Positions 37,807-48,101 of a stretch of DNA of 64,000 bases are shown in pieces. The translations under genes were made by a program, and so were the position numbers. Under the pieces are notes generated by a model. That model did not search any database and was not told the origin of the DNA. It saw only the letters and a program-made list of their open reading frames with translations. Source of the DNA: an uncultured Verrucomicrobiae bacterium (GTDB lineage Bacteria > Verrucomicrobiota > Verrucomicrobiia > Chthoniobacterales > JAFAMB01); the NCBI GenBank assembly GCA_963837955.1, contig CAWIPH010000001.1:448001-512000 (forward strand), in the 5' to 3' direction. The first letter of the stretch is position 1, and each line of letters starts with the position of its first letter.

Positions 37807-40089
37807 TCAGTCCTTCGGTGCCAATTCAGCTAACAGCTTCTCGTACCGTGGATCTTTCCGAAGCGGTTCCCAATATGGATCACACTTTAGTTGGCCGTAG
37901 AAAACACCGTTTGGCACCTTGGTCAAAGAACTCAATTTCTCAAAGGCTAGGTCCAATTCATTGGCCCAGGCATAAACAACAGCTAGATTCAACTCCAAGC
38001 ACGGGCCGGCCAGCGCGTCCTTGGAGATCGGCAACAGTTCGACAGCACGTTTGGCTTCCGAGATGGCTACTTCTCTGTTGTTGAGCAGGGCATCCACCAC
38101 TGCCAACTGGCTAAGCAGTTTGGCATCTCCTTGTGACTTCTGGACCTTCTGGTTTAATTGTTCTCGCGTCTCAACAAAGCTGGCGTTTAAACCAGGTTGT
38201 TCTCCCTGGAGCCGGGCGAGGAGGATGGAATAACAACCGACCGGCACATTTATCTGTCCGTAAGCAAAGTCGCCTTCGTCGTCGCCGCCCTTCATCTTTT
38301 CGATCACTTCTTTCGCTTGCGGCCAATCACGATCAACCAAGGCGAACCCCAGTCGCAAAGAGAGCGCACCTCTGTCGTCGGCCATGGATGCCGGGAGCGT
38401 TGCGATCGCAGCCCGGACCGCGGTGTCATCTCCGGTCCTATAAAAGGTTACGAACAGTGGCTTTTGGGCCTTGAGTATCGGCTCGTCTGGACGGAGCTCG
38501 ATCAATCGGTCGAACATCTCCTCGGAGGCACGAAACTGACGTGTGAAACAAAGGGTAAAAGCCAACTCTTCAATGAAAACCGAATTGTGCGGATCCCGCG
38601 TGATTGCTTCGTTGAACTCCTGGATTGCTTTTTCGAATTGCCCCTGCCGCCGATCGATGAGCGCTTCGAGCGCGATCGTCTCGGCGTCGTTCGGAAGGCC
38701 GTGTCTGGCAATGGCTAGCTGTACTCGTGCCCGCTCATAATCATGATAGCCGCGGTAGAGGTGGTACGCGTACGTCCGATGAACCTCGGGCAGGTCCGGT
38801 TGCAAACCCAATGCGCTGTTTACCGCTGCATCTCCCAAGGCGCGTTGCTCTGGAGTTGGATCGTACAAGTAATAGAGGAGATCGTGCGCTTGTGCCAATG
38901 CACAGTAGGCGAGGACGAACTTTGGATCCAGCCGGACGGCTTGCTCCAGAAAATTGACAGCGTCGATCAGCGGTTTCTCGACATCTCCAAAGGTCATAGA
39001 AACGTGAACGCTTACCAGTAACTCCTTGGCCCGGAGGTAGAGATCGTAGGCCTCGAGATTCTCGGTTGGTTTCTTTTCGATACTCCGCTTTTCTTCCGGG
39101 GAAAGCGTTGCAGCTAGTTTGGTGGCGATGGTCTGAGCTACTTCGCTCTGGATCGCGAAAATGTCGGTGAGATCGCGATCAAAACTGTCGGCCCAGGTGG
39201 TCTTATCCTGGCGAGCGTCGATGAGTTCGGTGCTGACCCGAACCCGGTTTCCGTTCCGGCGCACGGTTCCTTCCAAGACATTGGCTACACCCAACGCATT
39301 AGCGATCTGGCGTAGATCGCGTTTCTCGTCGGCACGATATTGCATGACCGACGTGCGGCTGATAACCGTCAGTTGAGCAACCTTGGCCAGGTTGTTAAGG
39401 ATCTCATCCTGAACACCGTCAGCGAAATAAGTGTCGTCTTTATTCGCGCTGATGCTTTCGAAAGGCAGTACGGCGATGCTTTTTGCCGGAACAGCAATAG
39501 CCGAAGCGATCGAGTCATTCGCTTTGTGAGTGTTTGCGGCGAAGAACCAGAGAGCGCTGGCTATGATAGCGGCTGCACCGACCAGACAAGCCACGAGCAG
39601 CCAGCCTCTCCGCCTGGGTACCATTGCTCTTGGTGACTCCGGTTCCTTTTCAAGAGTGGACTTGCCGGCGACACCTTGATCTTTGCCATCCTCCAGCAAC
39701 CGTTTTATCCGCTCCGTTAAAACCGCGAGATGTGGCTGTAAGGGTGGGGTGCTCGCGTCCAGCCAATGGACGGTCTCCAAAAAATAGACAAGACTATCGC
39801 GGGGGACAACCGCCTCGGTCCGGAACGGAATCACTGCTAGACCCAGAGAGAAGGCTCTAGCCATTTCACGCCGAACGTGCTCCGAGTCGTTGGCGTGGGC
39901 GGAAAACACCAGAACGAAAACGCGGCAGCGGGTAATGCCCGCCATGATACCTTCGGTCCAATCGGATCCCACTTCGATGTCGCGAGGAGCGATCCAGCAC
40001 CGGATGCCGGCCGATTCCAGCTGCCTGCAAATAGCATCTGCAACCGCTTTGTCCTTGCTGGAATGGCTGATAAAGACCTTGGGCTCCAT
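37807..40089 (-). CDS. TIR domain - TM - TolB-N-like - TPR protein
   Basis: VFISHSSKD...WIAPRDI...SEHVRRE (TIR); one TM; KSIAVLPF...YFADGVQDEIL...VISRTSVMQY; TPR-like helical repeats. Confidence 0.9.
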   Translation of the reverse strand: MEPKVFISHSSKDKAVADAICRQLESAGIRCWIAPRDIEVGSDWTEGIMAGITRCRVFVLVFSAHANDSEHVRREMARAFSLGLAVIPFRTEAVVPRDSLVYFLETVHWLDASTPPLQPHLAVLTERIKRLLEDGKDQGVAGKSTLEKEPESPRAMVPRRRGWLLVACLVGAAAIIASALWFFAANTHKANDSIASAIAVPAKSIAVLPFESISANKDDTYFADGVQDEILNNLAKVAQLTVISRTSVMQYRADEKRDLRQIANALGVANVLEGTVRRNGNRVRVSTELIDARQDKTTWADSFDRDLTDIFAIQSEVAQTIATKLAATLSPEEKRSIEKKPTENLEAYDLYLRAKELLVSVHVSMTFGDVEKPLIDAVNFLEQAVRLDPKFVLAYCALAQAHDLLYYLYDPTPEQRALGDAAVNSALGLQPDLPEVHRTYAYHLYRGYHDYERARVQLAIARHGLPNDAETIALEALIDRRQGQFEKAIQEFNEAITRDPHNSVFIEELAFTLCFTRQFRASEEMFDRLIELRPDEPILKAQKPLFVTFYRTGDDTAVRAAIATLPASMADDRGALSLRLGFALVDRDWPQAKEVIEKMKGGDDEGDFAYGQINVPVGCYSILLARLQGEQPGLNASFVETREQLNQKVQKSQGDAKLLSQLAVVDALLNNREVAISEAKRAVELLPISKDALAGPCLELNLAVVYAWANELDLAFEKLSSLTKVPNGVFYGQLKCDPYWEPLRKDPRYEKLLAELAPKD

Positions 40090-40164
40090 ACGGTAGCAGG
40101 AGCGTTGTAGTCGATTCAGTGACCGATGGCGAGCGGAAGCGGCAGTGCAGAATCGATCCCGAAG

Positions 40165-40216
40165 GGGAGGGCGCACGTCCTCGTGCGCCGCGGATCGCGA
40201 GGACGCGATCCCTCCC
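40165..40216. repeat. Uninterrupted GGAG-type REP doublet
   Basis: GGGAGGGCGCACGTCCTCGTGCGCCG followed by CGGATCGCGAGGACGCGATCCCTCCC. Confidence 0.9.
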
Positions 40217-40322
40217 CCGGGGCAGAGAACCAGACTCCGTCTTTATGTTGACGCACATGGGACGGCCGAACGCAAGTTCCCGGCGTTCCCGGCGATGACG
40301 GCGTTCCCGGCGTTTTTCGTTC

Positions 40323-41648
40323 CTACCGTTCAGAGGGACTCAATTCGTAGACTGTGCCGCTGTAGTCGTCCGAGATGAACAATGACTTGCCTCCGGCCGC
40401 CGGTTTCACGTCCACAGGACGACCCCAAATCCGTTGCGATTGGTCGTCCAACCAACCGGTGACCAAGTCAGTCTGGTTACCGGGCCGCTGGCTGGTCCAC
40501 GGAAAGATGACCACCTTGTAACCGGTCTTTCGGCTTCGATCCCATGAACCGTGGTACGCGACTGCGGCGGAGTTCCGCAACCATTCCAGCAGCTTTGTCT
40601 CCTGCAAAAACGCCATCCCAAGCGGTGCTGAATGAGCCTGGATGCCCTTATCGCTAAGCGTGAACTTCGAATCCGGATATTTGCTCCAATCCGCATTGGT
40701 TTCGTAGTTCGGGTCGAGCGGCATATTATCCAAACCGCTCGGGCCGTCAGGGTCTGGTTCAGCGAACGGCCATCCGTAGTCCGCACCCGATTTAACATGG
40801 ATGAATGTGTCCGGAGGATGGTCATCGACGTAGCTCGTAATTCGTTTGCCGTAATCGTCAGAGCCGCTTCCTTTCCAGCTTCGGTGGAATGGAAACCGGA
40901 TCTCGTCACTTCCGTTGACCACTGCCCATAACGCGTTGGTGCCGGGAAGAAAACCGAGGCCTTCCGCGTTCCGAATGCCTTTCGCGAACAGGGACCGGTT
41001 TCCGCCATCCAGATCGTAACGGTAAATGGCACATCGAATCGGATCGCTGGTGGTGTCTCTCGGATCAGCATTGGTCGATGAAGCGATGTCCACGTAGAGA
41101 TGATGGTCTGGGCCAACCGCTAAGTTCTTCAATTCATGGCGATAGGCCCCGCGGAGTTCCGGGCTGCTCGTATCGGGCAGGTTCGGTACGATAACCTGTT
41201 TTTGGAGCAAGGCGTGTTTGTCGGAATCGTAGAGGAACCGGCTAATCTCGTTGGATTCACCGACGTACACGTAGGTCTTGCCTCCGATCGCGGTAAAAAC
41301 CATTCCATGCGGTTGCCGCAATCCGGAAACGGCGACCACCGGTAGAGTTGCATCAGAAGACGCAACTGAGACCCACCAAATCCTACCCCTCGAAGGCTGA
41401 GAAACGAGGAGACCACCATCCGGTGTGGAGGCGAGAAAGCGGGCCGCCGGAATCCGGGCGATGACTCGGATCTGAAAGCCATGCGGGACTTGCAGATACC
41501 GGTCCTGATCGAACGGGGAGGATCGAAGTGCAGCGGGAACGGCAACCTTCTCCGAGCCCAATTGGGTTTCCCCGTAGCTCGGTTGGAGCGCAACGAGAAA
41601 AAATGCTGGAGCAACGAAGATTAGAGCAAAAACAGCGAGCCTGTTCAT
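40323..41648 (-). CDS. Glucose/sorbosone dehydrogenase-like (PQQ-dependent sugar dehydrogenase family) protein
   Basis: Signal peptide; GLRQPHG, GIRNAEG, YGWP, AHSAPLG, HGSWDR, GRPVDV, ISDD. Confidence 0.88.
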   Translation of the reverse strand: MNRLAVFALIFVAPAFFLVALQPSYGETQLGSEKVAVPAALRSSPFDQDRYLQVPHGFQIRVIARIPAARFLASTPDGGLLVSQPSRGRIWWVSVASSDATLPVVAVSGLRQPHGMVFTAIGGKTYVYVGESNEISRFLYDSDKHALLQKQVIVPNLPDTSSPELRGAYRHELKNLAVGPDHHLYVDIASSTNADPRDTTSDPIRCAIYRYDLDGGNRSLFAKGIRNAEGLGFLPGTNALWAVVNGSDEIRFPFHRSWKGSGSDDYGKRITSYVDDHPPDTFIHVKSGADYGWPFAEPDPDGPSGLDNMPLDPNYETNADWSKYPDSKFTLSDKGIQAHSAPLGMAFLQETKLLEWLRNSAAVAYHGSWDRSRKTGYKVVIFPWTSQRPGNQTDLVTGWLDDQSQRIWGRPVDVKPAAGGKSLFISDDYSGTVYELSPSER

Positions 41649-41739
41649 GAGATCATTACTTAGCTGTGGTTGGAATAAGTCTTTCCGGATCGGGTCTACT
41701 TAATTGACAAACAATAACCCTGTTCGAACTGATAATTAT

Positions 41740-42192
41740 ATGTCCTTTGCGCAAGGTGCTCTGGGTTTTCGCGTTCTATTTTGTATTGTTCTGTCCTTTG
41801 CAGCGCACAGGTTGCTTGCGGCCGATCCATCGTCGGTCACTGGTCTTTGGAAAAACGAAGACGGCTCGTTCGAGGTTTACGAGGAGAACGGAAAACTGTC
41901 GGCCAAGATCGTCAGCTTACGCGAGCCGCTCACTCCGGAGGGGAAAGAAAAACTCGATATTCACAATCCGGACGCCAGCAAACACAGTCGTCCAATCATT
42001 GGCCTGGTTTTCATGACCGGATTTACTCCGGCCGGGTCCGGGAAATGGGAGAACGGGACAATTTACGATCCGAGGAACGGGAATATCTATTCCTGCAATA
42101 TGGAATTAGAGAGTACGAACACCCTTAAAGTACGGGGCTACGTCGGCATCTCGCTGATCGGGCGAACCGAAATCTGGAAAAGAGCGGAATGA
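41740..42192 (+). CDS. DUF2147-domain protein
   Basis: VTGLWK, D..NPD...SRPIIGL, GTIYDPRNGNIY, LKVRGYVG...GRTEIW. Confidence 0.9.
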   Translation: MSFAQGALGFRVLFCIVLSFAAHRLLAADPSSVTGLWKNEDGSFEVYEENGKLSAKIVSLREPLTPEGKEKLDIHNPDASKHSRPIIGLVFMTGFTPAGSGKWENGTIYDPRNGNIYSCNMELESTNTLKVRGYVGISLIGRTEIWKRAE

Positions 42193-42217
42193 GCTTCGAA
42201 TGAAATGGGTCATCGTC

Positions 42218-42619
42218 TCAATGCGGCGCGCGGCGCTTGACCACGATCTCACCATCCTGATCGCGTAGGATCAAAATGGTTTGATTGACCGAGATGACCT
42301 CTCGAAAAGTATCTCGCGCAGGCGTCCCTGTGGCCTCGGTGTGACTTATCAGAATTCCGTTGTGCACCCGCCAGGTTCCGGTCAAAACTAATTTGATGCG
42401 GTAACGGCCTTCGCTGATTTGTGCGGATGCCCCCAATGTGCCGTTGGACCGATATTCGACTGTGAGTGTCATCGGCCGTCCATCCAACATCTCCTGACTG
42501 ATCCATGCGCCCGGGATTTGAGACCGGATCATCTCGTCCGAAAGTTTTTCCGGTTCACTGGCTTTCGTCATACCGACCAGAAAGACGATCGTGCATACAA
42601 TCGGAAATACTGCTTTCAT
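42218..42619 (-). CDS. Hypothetical secreted protein
   Basis: Signal-like N-terminus; IPGAW and GTWRV beta-rich pattern. Confidence 0.6.
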   Translation of the reverse strand: MKAVFPIVCTIVFLVGMTKASEPEKLSDEMIRSQIPGAWISQEMLDGRPMTLTVEYRSNGTLGASAQISEGRYRIKLVLTGTWRVHNGILISHTEATGTPARDTFREVISVNQTILILRDQDGEIVVKRRAPH

Positions 42620-42768
42620 GGCCGAAGAAAATAACGGGATGAAGGGACCTTCAGTCGCCTCGGAATAGACCAACCTCGATGAAACACCAACTCGTTTCTT
42701 TAGCGAGTGCTTTCTTGAGCTGGGCGATCAGCGCGTTCGGCGGGCGGAATAGTCTCGGATGTTAACGG

Positions 42769-43242
42769 ATGCATGAGTGGCCTAACGCTCGTTTGGTTGC
42801 GATTGTGGCGGATACTCACGGACTCCTCCGTGAGTCCGTTCTCGATGCGCTCGGCGATGTGGATTTGATATTACACGCGGGCGATGTCGGACATCTGAAA
42901 GTGTTGGATCAGCTTCGCGAATGCGCTCCTGTCGTCGCGATCTGCGGCAACGTGGACGTCGAAACTCGCTCACTACCCGCAACAGAGATCGTCTGTATTC
43001 ACCAGCGACTCGTTTATCTGCTGCACAATCTTGGCGACCTGGACCTAAATCCGGCGGTTGCCGGTTTCGCCATGGTAGTTTCGGGTCACTCGCATAAGCC
43101 GCTTATTCGAAACAAGGATGGAATCTTGTATGTGAATCCTGGAAGTATCGGACCGCGCCGTTTCAAACTTCCGATTAGTTTCGCAGTAGCCGATTTTGGG
43201 CTCGAGCAAATCCAGGTGAGACTCCACGAGCTTGCGGGATGA
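42769..43242 (+). CDS. Metallophosphoesterase (YfcE/MJ0936 family)
   Basis: ADTHG, HAGD, GNVD, GHSH, NPGS. Confidence 0.92.
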   Translation: MHEWPNARLVAIVADTHGLLRESVLDALGDVDLILHAGDVGHLKVLDQLRECAPVVAICGNVDVETRSLPATEIVCIHQRLVYLLHNLGDLDLNPAVAGFAMVVSGHSHKPLIRNKDGILYVNPGSIGPRRFKLPISFAVADFGLEQIQVRLHELAG

Positions 43243-43247
43243 AATGC

Positions 43248-43434
43248 CGTAGCCTGATGCTTCAGCCTCAGGACTGCAGCGATTGTGAGAGGTGATCGGT
43301 GAAAGGTGGATGGTGAACGCATATCGGGAATCCCGCCACAAATCTCTCGCCACCCTATTTGACCATTCCTCTCACTAATCACCAATCACCTCTCACACAC
43401 GCCGTACTCCCTGAGCCAGGAGGATCAGGCTACG
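43248..43434. repeat. GTAG-type inverted pair (CGTAGCCTGAT/ATCAGGCTACG) enclosing inverted heptamer runs; related half at 54900-55027
   Basis: 43404-43433 is the near reverse complement of 54900-54928. Confidence 0.8.
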
Positions 43435-43483
43435 CCAATTTGACAAGGTGGTGTCAGCTCCGCAGTATCGCTGCATTCATTGT

Positions 43484-45613
43484 ATGAAATATTTTTGTCT
43501 CCGGGTCATCGCGATGAGCCTCCCAATTACCCTGTTCATCGCGCGTACGGCTCAAGCGGACGAAGGCTTTTGGCTGTTTAACGCTCCGCCCTTGAACCAA
43601 CTTCAAGAAAAATATCATTTCAAACCAGACCCGGCTTGGTTGGAGCATATCCAGAAGAGTACCGTGCGATTTTACGGGGAAGGCACGGGTTCGTTTGTGT
43701 CCCCAGACGGACTGGTGATCACCAATCACCACGTCGGGGCGGATTCTCTACAAAAGTTTGGCACTGCTGAACACAACTACATCCGAGATGGATTCTACGC
43801 TGCGACGCCGGCCGAAGAAAAGCGGTGTTATGATTTAGAGCTCAACGTACTGGAGTCGATCGAAGACGTTACCAGTCGAGTCAATGCAGCTGTTCTGCCG
43901 AGCGCTAATCCTGAGGAGGCTTTGGCAGCGCGGCGAAAGGCCATGGCCGAAATCGAGCAGGAGTCGACCAAGGCGACCGGGTTGCGCAGCGATGTGGTGA
44001 CCCTTTTCCAGGGCGGCAGTTATCAATTGTATCGGTACAAACAGTACACCGATGTTCGGCTCGTTTTCGCACCCGAGGGCGAGATAGCCTTTTTTGGCGG
44101 TGATCCGGATAACTTCGAGTATCCGCGGTACGACTTGGATATTTGTTTGTTCCGAGTGTACGAAAACAATCGACCGGTTCACCCTCAGCATTATCTGCGC
44201 TTCAATACCGACGGTCCGTCCGAGCATGATCTGGTTTTCGTTAGTGGACATCCGGCAAGAACCAACCGCATGCTTACGGTGGCCGCGCTCGAGGAGCGAC
44301 GAGATACCGTCATACCGACACTGTTGGCCGCGCTTTATCGGAGAGAAGTCCTGCTGACCTCTTACAGCGAGCGTTCGATAGAGAACGCTCGACGGGCTCG
44401 CGAAGATCTTCTGTACATACAGAATTCCAGAAAGGTCTACGATGGCGAGTTGGCCGGATTGCTCGATCCAGAAACCCTTGGGCGGATTTCTGAGAGAGAA
44501 AATGCGCTGAAATCGGCTGCGGCGAAAGATTCTCGATTTTCGAATATCACCGACTGCTATGCGCAAATTCAGAAGGTAGTTTCGTCAGACCCAGAGAATA
44601 CGGTGAAGTTTCTTTTCTTTGAGGATACTCACGTGAGATCCTCTGTGGTCGAGGGTGTTCAGGCTAAACCGCTAGGGTTCAACAGTTTCTTATTTCGACT
44701 TGCTCGGGGCTTGCTTCGCGCGACTCAAGAGCGACAAAAGCCTAACGAAAAACGTTTACCAGAATGTCGCGACTCTGCCCAATCGGCCCTTGAGGTGGGC
44801 TTATTTTCCGAGGCACCGATTTATGATGATCTCGAGATACTGACGCTGACCGATTCTCTGACCAGCCTGGTTTCCCAGTACGGAGTCGATGATCCGATCG
44901 TCCGGGATCTGCTGAAAGGGAAGTCCCCTCACGAGCGCGCTTATGAGTTGATAAAGAGCACGCGGCTGAAGGACGTCCAATTTCGCCGCCAGATCTACGA
45001 TGGAGGTGTTGCCGCCCTGAGCGCTGCCGCTGATCCGATGATCGAACTCGCGCAAACAGCCGAAGAGCCGGCTCGTCAGGCGCGACAGTTGGTGGAGGAA
45101 CAGGATGAAGTGGCAAGCCAAGCATACGCCCAAATCGCAAAAGCAAAACTTGCGCTGGACGGCGGCCAGCTCTCACCCGACGCGACGTTCACGTTACGAC
45201 TCTCTTATGGCCCTGTAGAGGGGTATGAGGAAGATGGCAAAGCAATCCCGGCGTTCACGGATTTCGGCGGATTGTATGAGCGTGCCGATCAGCACGAAAA
45301 TCATCCACCCTTCCAATTGCCGACTCGTTGGGCAGACAAACGGGCAGCGTTAGACCTGCATGCGCCCTTCAATTTCGTCAATACAGCAGACAGCGTCGGG
45401 GGTAACAGCGGTAGCCCGATGATTAACAAAAATGGAGAGTTTGTCGGAATTCTTTTTGACGGAAACATTCAAACATTGTCCTGGGATTATCTCTACTCGG
45501 ACAAGCAAGCTCGTGCCGTTGCGGTTGATTCTCGGGGAATTATCGAGGCGCTCGAGAAGGTCTATCAAGTTCCAGCGCTAGTTAGCGAGTTGACCGGGAA
45601 GAAGATGAATTAA
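43484..45613 (+). CDS. S46-family dipeptidyl peptidase
   Basis: ADEGFW, TNHH, FGGDPDNFEYPR, PDATFTLRLSYG, GGNSGSP, FDGN. Confidence 0.95.
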   Translation: MKYFCLRVIAMSLPITLFIARTAQADEGFWLFNAPPLNQLQEKYHFKPDPAWLEHIQKSTVRFYGEGTGSFVSPDGLVITNHHVGADSLQKFGTAEHNYIRDGFYAATPAEEKRCYDLELNVLESIEDVTSRVNAAVLPSANPEEALAARRKAMAEIEQESTKATGLRSDVVTLFQGGSYQLYRYKQYTDVRLVFAPEGEIAFFGGDPDNFEYPRYDLDICLFRVYENNRPVHPQHYLRFNTDGPSEHDLVFVSGHPARTNRMLTVAALEERRDTVIPTLLAALYRREVLLTSYSERSIENARRAREDLLYIQNSRKVYDGELAGLLDPETLGRISERENALKSAAAKDSRFSNITDCYAQIQKVVSSDPENTVKFLFFEDTHVRSSVVEGVQAKPLGFNSFLFRLARGLLRATQERQKPNEKRLPECRDSAQSALEVGLFSEAPIYDDLEILTLTDSLTSLVSQYGVDDPIVRDLLKGKSPHERAYELIKSTRLKDVQFRRQIYDGGVAALSAAADPMIELAQTAEEPARQARQLVEEQDEVASQAYAQIAKAKLALDGGQLSPDATFTLRLSYGPVEGYEEDGKAIPAFTDFGGLYERADQHENHPPFQLPTRWADKRAALDLHAPFNFVNTADSVGGNSGSPMINKNGEFVGILFDGNIQTLSWDYLYSDKQARAVAVDSRGIIEALEKVYQVPALVSELTGKKMN

Positions 45614-45687
45614 AGGTCGCTCAGAATACTGTAAGCCGGTTCCCCATTGAATGTGAGGCCATCGGCCGCGCAAAAACCTAATAGAAA

Positions 45688-46494
45688 ATGCCAGAATTGG
45701 CCGAAGTCGAGCAAAGCCGGCGTCTCTGGCAGGTGGGCCAAGGCGCCAAGGTTTTGGAAGTCGTTTTGGGCGACGCGAAGTCTCGAATATTTCGCAGCGC
45801 CCATCCGAAAGAGTTGGTGCGTGCGCTGACCGGACAAAAGCTGTTCGATTCCGAAGCGCGCGGCAAACAGATGGTATTTCGATTCGGTAATCGCGGTAAA
45901 TTATGGTTGGGGCTGCATTTAGGTATGACCGGCGAACTTCGGGTGGAAGAGCCGAATTATCGATTGTTGAAGCACGACCACCTTATTCTGCGCCAAGCGA
46001 GACGATCTCTCGTGTTTTCCGATCAGCGCCGATTCGGTCGAGTCCTTTTTGGGCAAAGCGAGGTCACACCCTCCTGGTGGGCCAAGCTTCCGCCATCCAT
46101 TTTGTCGGACCAATTTAAGCGGACTCTGGTAGCGGAGTTTTGCCGGCGGCGGAAAGGCTCACCGTTGAAAGTGCTTCTCTTAATGCAGGAGCGCTTTCCG
46201 GGTATCGGAAACTGGATGGCAGATGAAATTCTGTGGCGAGCGCGGCTCAACCCGAGGACTCCGTCCGGCACTCTTAGCGAATCGGAGATTACAACGCTTT
46301 ATCGCGTGACTCGCAGCGTGTGTGCAAACGCCATAAAGGAGATGGATAAGAATTGGGAATTTCCTAAGAGCTGGCTGTTTGCTCATCGATGGCAGAACGG
46401 TGGAAAATGCCCGCGCTGCCGTACTGGACTAGTGAGAGAGATGGTTGGAGGCCGGCGCACCTGTTGGTGTCCTAATTGCCAACCAATGCCATGA
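45688..46494 (+). CDS. Fpg/Nei-family DNA glycosylase
   Basis: MPELAEVE, RGK, HLGMTG, GIGNWMADEILW, zinc finger CPRC...CPNCQ. Confidence 0.93.
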   Translation: MPELAEVEQSRRLWQVGQGAKVLEVVLGDAKSRIFRSAHPKELVRALTGQKLFDSEARGKQMVFRFGNRGKLWLGLHLGMTGELRVEEPNYRLLKHDHLILRQARRSLVFSDQRRFGRVLFGQSEVTPSWWAKLPPSILSDQFKRTLVAEFCRRRKGSPLKVLLLMQERFPGIGNWMADEILWRARLNPRTPSGTLSESEITTLYRVTRSVCANAIKEMDKNWEFPKSWLFAHRWQNGGKCPRCRTGLVREMVGGRRTCWCPNCQPMP

Positions 46495-46994
46495 GCGGGC
46501 TCTCTGGTTATCACTCGATCCGGGCGTCGAGTATTGGTTGGTTTACCTACCTGGCGCTGGGCGCTTCCGGTTTGGCGCAAAATGGGAATACGGCAACCCT
46601 GACTCTGAGCAGAGAATTCAATGCTCCGTTCGCGCAGGTGTGGAAAGCGGGTAATACGAAGGCGGCCGAACTCGGGCCGATCGCGAATCAATTGCGGCGG
46701 GGTGGGGAGCTTTGGGTGCTTATCGACTATGGCGACGTAAGCATGGCCGACACTGCGATGAGACAGGTTGCCGACCTGCCTGAACCGTTGCCCGATTTTT
46801 CGCACGACGGCGGATGTTCGTTGCGCGTTAGGGTGCAGCAAAAGGGGAAGAAGACGAGCGTTGAAGTAAAAGCTTTCTTTGTTTTGCGGGCGAACCCGTT
46901 TGCCGCAGCTTATCTCTCTCTCGAAAGCAAAGGCACACTTGAAGCGCAGTTGCTCGACGCGATTGCCTCCGAAGTGATGATCCACAGCAAATAA
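46491..46994 (+). CDS. Hypothetical protein
   Basis: ATGA overlap with the glycosylase stop; signal-like segment. Confidence 0.5.
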   Translation: MSGLSGYHSIRASSIGWFTYLALGASGLAQNGNTATLTLSREFNAPFAQVWKAGNTKAAELGPIANQLRRGGELWVLIDYGDVSMADTAMRQVADLPEPLPDFSHDGGCSLRVRVQQKGKKTSVEVKAFFVLRANPFAAAYLSLESKGTLEAQLLDAIASEVMIHSK

Positions 46995-47093
46995 CCGGTG
47001 GAGTGAAGAAGTAGTGATTAGCTTAGTAACCGGTTAGAAGAGCAACTTTTTGGCACCAGCGCGGTGCGCGGTAGTGGCTCACCAGAACTCCCC

Positions 47094-47984
47094 TTATTGG
47101 CTGCTGATAAGCTCACCGTTGCTTGTTGCGAGCACACGACGCGCTTGCGCGGCGTCTCGGCCGGGCGGCGCGCCGAACATTCGACGGTACTCGCGGCTGA
47201 ACTGCGAGGCGCTTTCGTAGCCCACGTCGAAACTCACGCGGGCTGCGTCCACCTCTTGGGAAAGCAGCCTGCGGCGCGCCTCTTGCAAGCGGATGCGCTT
47301 CTGAAATTGGAGCGGACTCATGGCCGTCACCGCGCGAAAATGCCGGTGAAAAGAGGTCGCGCTCATGCTCGCGGTCCGGGCCAGCTCCTCTACCCGGATG
47401 GACTGGTCATAGCGTTCACGGATCAGGTTAATCGCGCGGCTGATCTGCGACAATTGGCTGCTGGGCAGAGCGAGCTGCCGGAGCATCTCTCCCCGCGGGC
47501 CGCACAGCAGACGGTAGAGGATTTCTCGTTCGATGAGCGGGGCCAGCACGGGGATGTCCCGCGGCCGATCCAGCAGCCTGAGCAGGCGCAGGAGCGGATC
47601 GAGCAGATCGCCATCCAGCGGATTGACCGCCATCGCCTTTGAGGCCGCGCGCTCTCCGTTGGAGGGCGGCATCTCCAGCAGCAGCGCGGCGAGCGTCGTG
47701 GGATCAAGAGAGAGAGTCACGGCCAGGCAAGGCGCTTCGATGATCTGTCCGCTGACTGGCAGATCGATGGAGGCGATCAGGTAAGAATTCGGATCGTAGC
47801 GAAACTCCTCGTGACCGAGGTAGATTCGTTTTCGGCCTCGTGCGATCACGCACAGCAGCGGGTAATACATGGCCGGCGACAACTCGGTGGTGACGCTCGA
47901 ACGGGACAAGTTCAGCCGCGGGACCGCCGTGGGGGTGACGTCACGGTGGCAGTGCCGGGTGATGAGGGCGCAGAGTTCGCTCAT
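47094..47984 (-). CDS. AraC-family regulator (AraC_N/YqhC type)
   Basis: YYPLLCVIARGRK, REILYRLL, FHRHFRAVTAMSPLQFQKRIRLQEARR, VGYESASQFSREY. Confidence 0.95.
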   Translation of the reverse strand: MSELCALITRHCHRDVTPTAVPRLNLSRSSVTTELSPAMYYPLLCVIARGRKRIYLGHEEFRYDPNSYLIASIDLPVSGQIIEAPCLAVTLSLDPTTLAALLLEMPPSNGERAASKAMAVNPLDGDLLDPLLRLLRLLDRPRDIPVLAPLIEREILYRLLCGPRGEMLRQLALPSSQLSQISRAINLIRERYDQSIRVEELARTASMSATSFHRHFRAVTAMSPLQFQKRIRLQEARRRLLSQEVDAARVSFDVGYESASQFSREYRRMFGAPPGRDAAQARRVLATSNGELISSQ

Positions 47985-48030
47985 GTTCCTGTCCCACCAG
48001 TCCTGCCTTTTAACCGGCGGGTCAATGGCG

Positions 48031-48067
48031 TGGTAGGTTTAGGCAAGAACTTGGCAGCAATGGTCTA
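48031..48067 (+). promoter_or_regulatory. Candidate AraC-type direct-repeat binding site
   Basis: TGGTAGGTTTAGGCAA and TGGCAGCAATGGTCTA, 21 nt apart, between the divergent araC and AKR genes. Confidence 0.4.
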
Positions 48068-48101
48068 CCCGCCAACTGCGCGGCCGGTCTAGGTTGGCGG
48101 C

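Noticed and set aside
43835..44566. Long antisense ORFs (also 53250-53930, 18190-18759, 62320-62880)
   Set aside because: Shadow frames opposite well-supported genes
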